Shown one piece after another: positions 57,705-64,000 of a stretch of 64,000 nucleotides of DNA (its first letter is position 1; each line of letters begins with the position of its first letter). Source of the DNA: Promethearchaeota archaeon (GTDB lineage: Archaea > Asgardarchaeota > Lokiarchaeia > Sigyniarchaeales > SOKP01); assembly GCA_019894975.1 (NCBI GenBank), contig JAGXNO010000001.1, positions 128,001-192,000 on the forward strand, read 5' to 3'. The notes under the pieces were generated by a model, which saw nothing but the letters and a program-made list of their open reading frames with translations, was not told the origin of the DNA and did not search any database. The position numbers were made by a program, and so were the translations under genes.

Positions 57705-59420
57705 TTAGTTGTTTCTTAATAGTTTCTTATCAACTTTCCCGATAACTGTTAAAGGGAGCTCCTCAGAGATCTCTAGGAGTTTTGGAACTTCATAGGCAGC
57801 ACAATTTTCTTTCGCAAATGCTATTATATCTTCTTTCAAAGCTTCTTCATTTCCATCATACTCAAAGTTAGGATCTAGTTGAAAAAATGCCTTCACAATT
57901 TCAGAGCCAGGTCTGTCTGGATTTGGGATACCGATAGTAGCAACCGTTTCAATCGCAGGATGCTTGGTAAGAGTATCTTCTAATTTAGCCGAAAACACTT
58001 TGAAACCACCAACTATAATCATGTCTTTGGTTCTATCAACGATTCTCAAATAACCTTCTTCATCCATGATTGCGACATCCCCTGTATGCATATAACCATC
58101 TTTATCAATTGCTTTTTTCGTTTCTTCTGGTTTATTATAATAGCCTTTCATTATTTGAGGGCCTTTAACACATATTTCCCCTGGTTCACCAAGAGGAACT
58201 TCTTTGTCTGTCTCTGGATCTACAAGTTTTAATTCGGTATTTAATAAAGGTAGTCCTATTGATCCCAATTTCCGTTGACCTTTATAAGGATTCATCGTAG
58301 TTAAGGGAGAAGTTTCAGTCATACCGTAAACTTCTAATAATTTGCCCTCTCCAACCATACTCTCCAACTGTTTTTGAGATTCAACCGGAAAGGGAGATGC
58401 AGCAGAAATACAAATTTCTAATTTGGAGTGATCTAATCTTTTGAATTTTCGTGTATTGATTAGTATTTGAAATAATGAAGGTACGTTTACAAGTGCAGTT
58501 GGTTGATATTTTTTCATCTCATTACAAATCTGTTGGGTATCCCTTGGATTAGGTATTAGAACTTGACCCCAACCAAGCCAAAAACAGTTCTCACAGAAAA
58601 ATGTGCCTGCTATGTGGAAAAAAGGAAATCCTGAAAGAGCTATTTTTGCTCCTTTTTCCCAACTGAGCCATTTTTGCACAATTAATATATCCGATACACA
58701 ATTTCTGTGCGTTAACATAGCACCTTTAGGTGGACCTGTAGTTCCTCCAGTATATTGGATAAATGCTAGATCCTCAGGGGAAACCTTAACATTCGGTAAA
58801 TCTTTGGAGTATTTTGCTAAAACTTCATCATGAAAATCGAGAACCGTTTTTCCTACTAACGGAGTTACCTCCCCTGATGGGACTTCTGTAACTGCTTTGA
58901 TTTTTTCTTGTTGTTCTTTCGGGAAAGAACCTACTACACTCGTCCAAACTACTAGCTTTAATTGTGGTAAATCTGATTCAATTTTTTTTAGCCTGGCTTC
59001 AAAAATTGCATCTAATGTAACTAATGCTACATTTTTCTTTCCCGCTCCTAAATCTTTCAACTGATAATGCATTTGAATATCAGACATGAGAGGACTTACA
59101 CCAGATACCACACATCCTGCTTTTAAAGTTCCTACAAGGGATATTGGGTATTCTGGTATATTAGGTAAGTTGATTCCAACGACATCACCTTTCTTAAATC
59201 CATTTTCAACTAACATATTCGCAAACTGATTTGAGTATTCATCGATTTGAGAAAATGTGATTTCTAATCCTTGATATGTAAATGCTATTTTATCAGGGAA
59301 TTCGTCAAAAGTACTTCGGATTGCTTCGGTATAAGAGATCTCCCAAATGCTAGGGTCAAGATCCGTTAATCCTTTGTCCCAACTCTTACGCCAAAATCTA
59401 TTTGCATATGGACTTTCCAT
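57705..59420 (-). CDS. Long-chain fatty acid-CoA ligase (paralog 1)
   Basis: QYTGGTTGPPKG, YGMTETSP, HTGD, DRTKDMI, GKVDKK. Confidence 0.93.
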   Translation of the reverse strand: MESPYANRFWRKSWDKGLTDLDPSIWEISYTEAIRSTFDEFPDKIAFTYQGLEITFSQIDEYSNQFANMLVENGFKKGDVVGINLPNIPEYPISLVGTLKAGCVVSGVSPLMSDIQMHYQLKDLGAGKKNVALVTLDAIFEARLKKIESDLPQLKLVVWTSVVGSFPKEQQEKIKAVTEVPSGEVTPLVGKTVLDFHDEVLAKYSKDLPNVKVSPEDLAFIQYTGGTTGPPKGAMLTHRNCVSDILIVQKWLSWEKGAKIALSGFPFFHIAGTFFCENCFWLGWGQVLIPNPRDTQQICNEMKKYQPTALVNVPSLFQILINTRKFKRLDHSKLEICISAASPFPVESQKQLESMVGEGKLLEVYGMTETSPLTTMNPYKGQRKLGSIGLPLLNTELKLVDPETDKEVPLGEPGEICVKGPQIMKGYYNKPEETKKAIDKDGYMHTGDVAIMDEEGYLRIVDRTKDMIIVGGFKVFSAKLEDTLTKHPAIETVATIGIPNPDRPGSEIVKAFFQLDPNFEYDGNEEALKEDIIAFAKENCAAYEVPKLLEISEELPLTVIGKVDKKLLRNN

Positions 59421-59647
59421 TTTAGATTCCTTTTTAACTTCATTTGGATTGAATTTTTATATAAAAGTGTTAATATTAATTATAGCTCTAATCAGTTAAA
59501 AAGTTTTAATTAATAGTTAGATGTAATAAAAAAAGAGAAAATGAAAAAAATGCTTTTATCGATATATCTCTATTATTTAGTTTTATTCACGAGTATTAAT
59601 TAAACTGTTGAGGAAAACATCTAAAATAAAGAAAAAGAAAAATGTAT

Positions 59648-61366
59648 TTAATTTTTACGTAATAACTTCTTATCTACTTTTCCAACACTCGTAACTGGCA
59701 TTTCATCGATAATTTCAAACGATTTTGGCACTTCATATGAAGCACAATTCTCTTTAGCAAATGCTATAATATCATCTTTTAATGCTTCCTCATTACCATC
59801 ATATTTAAAATCAGGATCCAGTTGAATAAACGCTTTTACAGTTTCAGAGCCAGGTCTGTCGGGATTTGGAATTCCTATAGTAGCAACCATTTCAATAGCA
59901 GGGTGCCCGGTTAAAGTATCTTCTAATTTTGCGGAGAAAACCTTATACCCTCCAACAATAATCATATCCTTGGTTCTGTCTACAATTTTTACGTATCCTT
60001 CATCATCCATGACGCCCATATCCCCTGTATGCATGAATCCATTAGAATCTACAGCTTTTTTAGTTTCTTCCGGCTTGTTATAGTATTCTTTCATAACCAT
60101 CGGTCCTTTGATACAAATTTCTCCTGGTTCACCAATTGGTACCTCTTTCCCCGTTTCAGGATCAAGTAATTTGAAATCTACATTTGGGAATGGAAGACCG
60201 ACATGTCCAAGCTTCTTTTTGCCTTTCGAAGGATTTCCAATGGTTAAAGGTGAAGTTTCAGTCATACCATATAATTCTATTAACTTTCCTTCTCCAATAA
60301 CACTTTCTAATATCTCTTGTGACTCTTTTGGGAAAGGTGCTGCTGCTGAAATTACAAAATCAATCATTTCCTTATCGATTTTTTTGAATTTTGGATTCTT
60401 TAGGAGCATTTGATATAATGTTGGAACATTCGCTAATATACTTGGTCGATATTTCAACATTTCTTTTATGATGTGACCAGTATCTCGTGGATTTGGGATT
60501 AAGATTTGACTCCAGCCTAACATTATTACATTTGCACAAGTGAATAATCCCGCGATGTGAAAAAATGGAAATCCTGATAAACCAAAACCCTTACCAAACT
60601 CCCAGCTAAGCCAATATTGGAATATAATTACATCAGATACAAAATTTCTGTGACTAAGCATGGCTCCTTTAGGCGGCCCTGTTGTCCCTCCAGTGTACTG
60701 GATAAAAGCAATATCGTCTGGTCCAATTTTTGTTTTTGGTAATTCTCCAGAAAATTTTCCTTTAATATGTTTGTGATATTCAAGAACAGTTATTCCTTTG
60801 AGTGGAGTAACTTTTCCTTTGGGAATTTTCCCTACTAACTTTCCCATCGTTGCTAAGAACTTCGGCATGAACCCACCTACACTACTAGTAACCACTAATT
60901 TTAGTGCGGGAATCTGAGTATAAATCTTCGTTATATGACCAGCAAACACGGCATCCAAACACAGAAGTGCTACTTTTTTTCCACCAGATCCTAAATCGTT
61001 CAATTGATATTGGATTTGAACTGCTGAAAGAAGTGGAGAAACTCCAGAAATTATTAATCCCGCCTTTAATCCTGCTAACACACCAATTACATACTCTGGT
61101 ATGTTTACAAGACATATTGCCAAAACATCTCCCTTTTTAAAACCATTTTCAATTAACATATTAGAAAATTCATTTGAGAGCTTATCCAATTCAGCATATG
61201 ATATTTCTTCTCCGTAGAAAAAGAAAGCTGCTTTTTCGGGAACTTCTTCAAATGTTCTTCTTATCGCTTGAGTAAAAGATGTTTCAAATTCCTTAGGATC
61301 TACATCGCTTATGCCCTTGTCGTAGCTTTTAGCTTGCCAGAAGCGATCTTCATATTTTTTTGACAT
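59648..61366 (-). CDS. Long-chain fatty acid-CoA ligase (paralog 2)
   Basis: Same adenylation motifs; tandem duplicate. Confidence 0.93.
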   Translation of the reverse strand: MSKKYEDRFWQAKSYDKGISDVDPKEFETSFTQAIRRTFEEVPEKAAFFFYGEEISYAELDKLSNEFSNMLIENGFKKGDVLAICLVNIPEYVIGVLAGLKAGLIISGVSPLLSAVQIQYQLNDLGSGGKKVALLCLDAVFAGHITKIYTQIPALKLVVTSSVGGFMPKFLATMGKLVGKIPKGKVTPLKGITVLEYHKHIKGKFSGELPKTKIGPDDIAFIQYTGGTTGPPKGAMLSHRNFVSDVIIFQYWLSWEFGKGFGLSGFPFFHIAGLFTCANVIMLGWSQILIPNPRDTGHIIKEMLKYRPSILANVPTLYQMLLKNPKFKKIDKEMIDFVISAAAPFPKESQEILESVIGEGKLIELYGMTETSPLTIGNPSKGKKKLGHVGLPFPNVDFKLLDPETGKEVPIGEPGEICIKGPMVMKEYYNKPEETKKAVDSNGFMHTGDMGVMDDEGYVKIVDRTKDMIIVGGYKVFSAKLEDTLTGHPAIEMVATIGIPNPDRPGSETVKAFIQLDPDFKYDGNEEALKDDIIAFAKENCASYEVPKSFEIIDEMPVTSVGKVDKKLLRKN

Positions 61367-61588
61367 TTTTTTTCTCTAATTATTTGTTTTAAAATTGATA
61401 ATATATTATTTGACGTGACTTATTATAAAGTTTGATTAATACAGATGGATGGAAGAAATTCGCTAATTAATGAATTGATAAACCGTGAAGTAGAAGTTCT
61501 TTAGAACTAAAAATACAGAACTAAATTATAAAAAAAAAAAAATTAATTATTCAAGATCCTGTTTTAATAATTTACCTTTTTTACCATT

Positions 61589-61822
61589 TTAGCGTGGATG
61601 ACCTAAGCTATAATAAGATCTTAAGGCATCTAAATTAACTGTGTATGATTCTTTTTCCTCCTTATATCTCGGATTATATAACATATTTAATTGAAGTTCT
61701 CTAAATTTGCGATTTTGCTTCTCTTCTTTTATACTATCTTCTTTATCATCTTGATAAATTTCAACTACAACAGAACCTTCTTCTTTTGCCCATTCTTTTA
61801 ACTTTAACAAATTTTTCACCAT
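61589..61822 (-). CDS. Small hypothetical protein
   Basis: 77-aa ORF; AAGGT upstream of ATG. Confidence 0.6.
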   Translation of the reverse strand: MVKNLLKLKEWAKEEGSVVVEIYQDDKEDSIKEEKQNRKFRELQLNMLYNPRYKEEKESYTVNLDALRSYYSLGHPR

Positions 61823-62520
61823 AATTTTTTACCTTTTTTTTTAATTTACTTTTATTTTTAAATAAACATATTTAATTATTCAATTTTGGAGCTTAAGAGC
61901 ATCAGAGCTATTACTGTGTAGAAGAACAGTAAGATATTTGAGTAAAACAATTGTAGCAGTACTAAAATTTCTCAAATTGTTTAGAACACATAAACAATCA
62001 TACTTTTCGAATAAAATCTTCTAATCATAATTCATCAAATTTTAGTTAGTGATTTATGAAATCTAGTTGGATCGACAATTCTAAAAAAGAAATTTAGCTA
62101 TTTATGTCTTATAATTTTCCAAGATATTACGCCAATGACCGGTAACTTTGCTCAAAAAAGCAAAGATATATATTCGAAGCGATCTTATTGTCACATGAGC
62201 TAAACCAAAAAAGCAAAACTTTATATACATAAGTGTCTTAAAATATATTATAAATCCTAAAATCATTTATTTCATTTTTTTGTAAAAATTTTGAGAATAA
62301 ACCAGAGTATTTTTGTCGGATATCTCTCATCTTTTTAACCTTTACCTCGTTTTATTTTTACTTCTACTCTCCTCTCCCTGTCTCCATATAACAATTATTC
62401 TTTTAAAGATAAAACTATTCCTAAGAAAAGGAATGATATTTCTGAATCTTGGATAAAACCCGTATATTTCAGAAAATTGTCGGTGTATTCTTGTTTTATT
62501 TTGAAAAATCGTTATGATAT

Positions 62521-63270
62521 ATGATGAGTTACAGATCAGGATATGCGGTGTTCAAGAAGAACAGCCATTCTCCACCCATTTCAAGCGGAGATAAAACCCT
62601 TGATGAGTTGCTTTCTGGAGGATTCCATCAAGACTTAGTTTATTTGCTTTATGGAGATAAAAAATTAACCACTAATATTTTGTTAACAACTTCCGTCATT
62701 GTCCAAAAAGCATTTAACAACGGAGGGTTGGGTGAGGGTATCAGAGTGGCCTTTGTTGATGGGAATAATCGCTTTAATCCCTACAACGTAAGCAAATATG
62801 CGGTTTCACAAAATTTATCCCCTCAGAAAGTCTTGGAAAATATCTTGATCTCACGAGCGTTTACATTCGACCAAATCATTGAAATTCTGGAAAATAGGCT
62901 TTCAATGCTTGAAGATGTGAAAGTTGTGTTAATCTCTGGAATTACCACTATGTTCGAAGGATATGAAAAGCAGACTTTCGAAGAACTCCTAAGAGCAATA
63001 GATGGAATCAAACAAATGCTCTGGAAGACAAAACCCCTCATTATAATAACTGCCCCTTTGCATGAGCATTCTCTTTTCAGACCAAAAGGGGGAAAAATTC
63101 TTTCGCATTTTGGGAGTGTGTTGGTGATGATAAATGATGATGAAAGATACGATGAATATGTTCTCGTACAACACCCTTATCTTCCGGAGAACCGGTTACT
63201 AAAATGGAAACCTCGAACTTCTAAGAAGAAAGTCCCGTTAAAGAATGCGACGATAGATTGCTGGATTTAG
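62521..63270 (+). CDS. RadA/RadB-like recombinase paralog with degenerate Walker A
   Basis: SSGDKTLDELLSGG, LLYGDKKLTT, FVDGNNRFNPY, NILISRAFT..Q, GGKILSH. Confidence 0.85.
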   Translation: MMSYRSGYAVFKKNSHSPPISSGDKTLDELLSGGFHQDLVYLLYGDKKLTTNILLTTSVIVQKAFNNGGLGEGIRVAFVDGNNRFNPYNVSKYAVSQNLSPQKVLENILISRAFTFDQIIEILENRLSMLEDVKVVLISGITTMFEGYEKQTFEELLRAIDGIKQMLWKTKPLIIITAPLHEHSLFRPKGGKILSHFGSVLVMINDDERYDEYVLVQHPYLPENRLLKWKPRTSKKKVPLKNATIDCWI

Positions 63271-63470
63271 AGATATCACCAAAAAGCTTTCTCGAATTTA
63301 TCTATAGTGTCCAGCAAACTATCTTTAATTCATAACCTTGAGCTTTTTAATGACTTACTTGTCAAAAATCACATTTGTTAAGAAAATGTGAGTTTGTATA
63401 AGCTTTTAAATAATATGCAATAATTTTCAGTATTATCTAAGAAAAATAATTTGTATGGATGTGAATAAAA

Positions 63471-63998
63471 TTGGACATGAAAACATTTAAAAAGACATTT
63501 ATATTTGTCTGTGATGATTGTGGAGAATTTGCACCTGCAAAACTGGAATATTGCGAAAATTGCGGGGAAAAGACTTTAAGGAAGGCAACAAATGAGGATT
63601 ATACGAGATATGAAATGGAAACAAAAAGAGACGATAAAGAACAGCGGATAGAATTTGAGAAAGCTGATGAAATTAGGATGGTTGCTGAGAGGGCTGAGAA
63701 CGTAGTTGAGAAAGCTAAGAACGTAGTTGAGAAGGCTGAGAAAAAAGCTAAGAAAGCGTCTGAGAAGCCAGTCAAGACAACTGAGAATGCTGAAAATATA
63801 GCTAAGAAGGCGTCTGAGAAGGCTGAGAAGGCAGCTGAAAAAGCTGAGAAGGCAATTAAGCAGGCCGCTGAAAAAGCTAAGAGGAAAGCAGAGAAAACTA
63901 AGCAGACCGCTGAGAACGCTAAGAAAGAGGCTGAGAACGCTAAGAAGAAAGTTGAGAGAACTAAACAGGAAGCTAAGACGAAAACAGAAAAGTCATAG
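63471..63998 (+). CDS. Zinc-ribbon protein with Lys/Ala/Glu-rich repetitive tail
   Basis: CDDC..CENC; AEKA/AKKA repeats encoded by gctgagaa/gctaagaa units. Confidence 0.75.
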   Translation: MDMKTFKKTFIFVCDDCGEFAPAKLEYCENCGEKTLRKATNEDYTRYEMETKRDDKEQRIEFEKADEIRMVAERAENVVEKAKNVVEKAEKKAKKASEKPVKTTENAENIAKKASEKAEKAAEKAEKAIKQAAEKAKRKAEKTKQTAENAKKEAENAKKKVERTKQEAKTKTEKS

Positions 63999-64000
63999 CT

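Noticed and set aside
61880-62200. ncRNA or riboswitch (hairpins TTACTGT/ACAGTAA and CTTTGCT/AGCAAAG)
   Set aside because: Short stems are expected by chance in AT-rich DNA; no recognisable family consensus
1-64000. tRNA, rRNA, transposase or integrase genes
   Set aside because: No cloverleaf or rRNA-like GC-rich segments and no recombinase/transposase motifs seen by eye; a covariance-model scan would be needed to be certain

Overview
AT-rich archaeal chromosomal segment, most consistent with an Asgard archaeon of the Lokiarchaeia/Promethearchaeota type. Evidence: archaeal TFB, RFC and proteasome alpha together with a Rab-like GTPase, a gelsolin-domain protein, many small Zn-finger proteins and many fatty-acid activation/oxidation genes. 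It carries about 50 CDS: fatty-acid/redox metabolism (tandem SDRs, three acyl-CoA ligases, acyl-CoA dehydrogenase, enoyl-CoA hydratase, FixCX, GlcD-like/HdrD-like oxidoreductases, SCP2-like and tocopherol-cyclase-family proteins), a grpE-dnaK-dnaJ-tfb cluster, a three-gene RFC operon and a cluster of eukaryotic-signature genes. I saw no rRNA, tRNA, CRISPR array or intact mobile element. Main observations: (1) a secreted 7-bladed beta-propeller fused to a family-5 solute-binding domain, whose 126-bp repeats have a near-invariant DNA framework but hypervariable codons, flanked by gene remnants; (2) a Rab / proteasome-alpha / wHTH / giant ~14-module MIT/TPR-like protein cluster next to a gelsolin gene whose C-terminal HeH/Rho-N-like domain lies behind a +1 frameshift; (3) three genes that appear to start at ATA/ATT; (4) an RFC with a second, Walker-B-degenerate small subunit; (5) several small ORFs missed by the ORF track. 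All family assignments come from motif recognition by eye, not from database searches.
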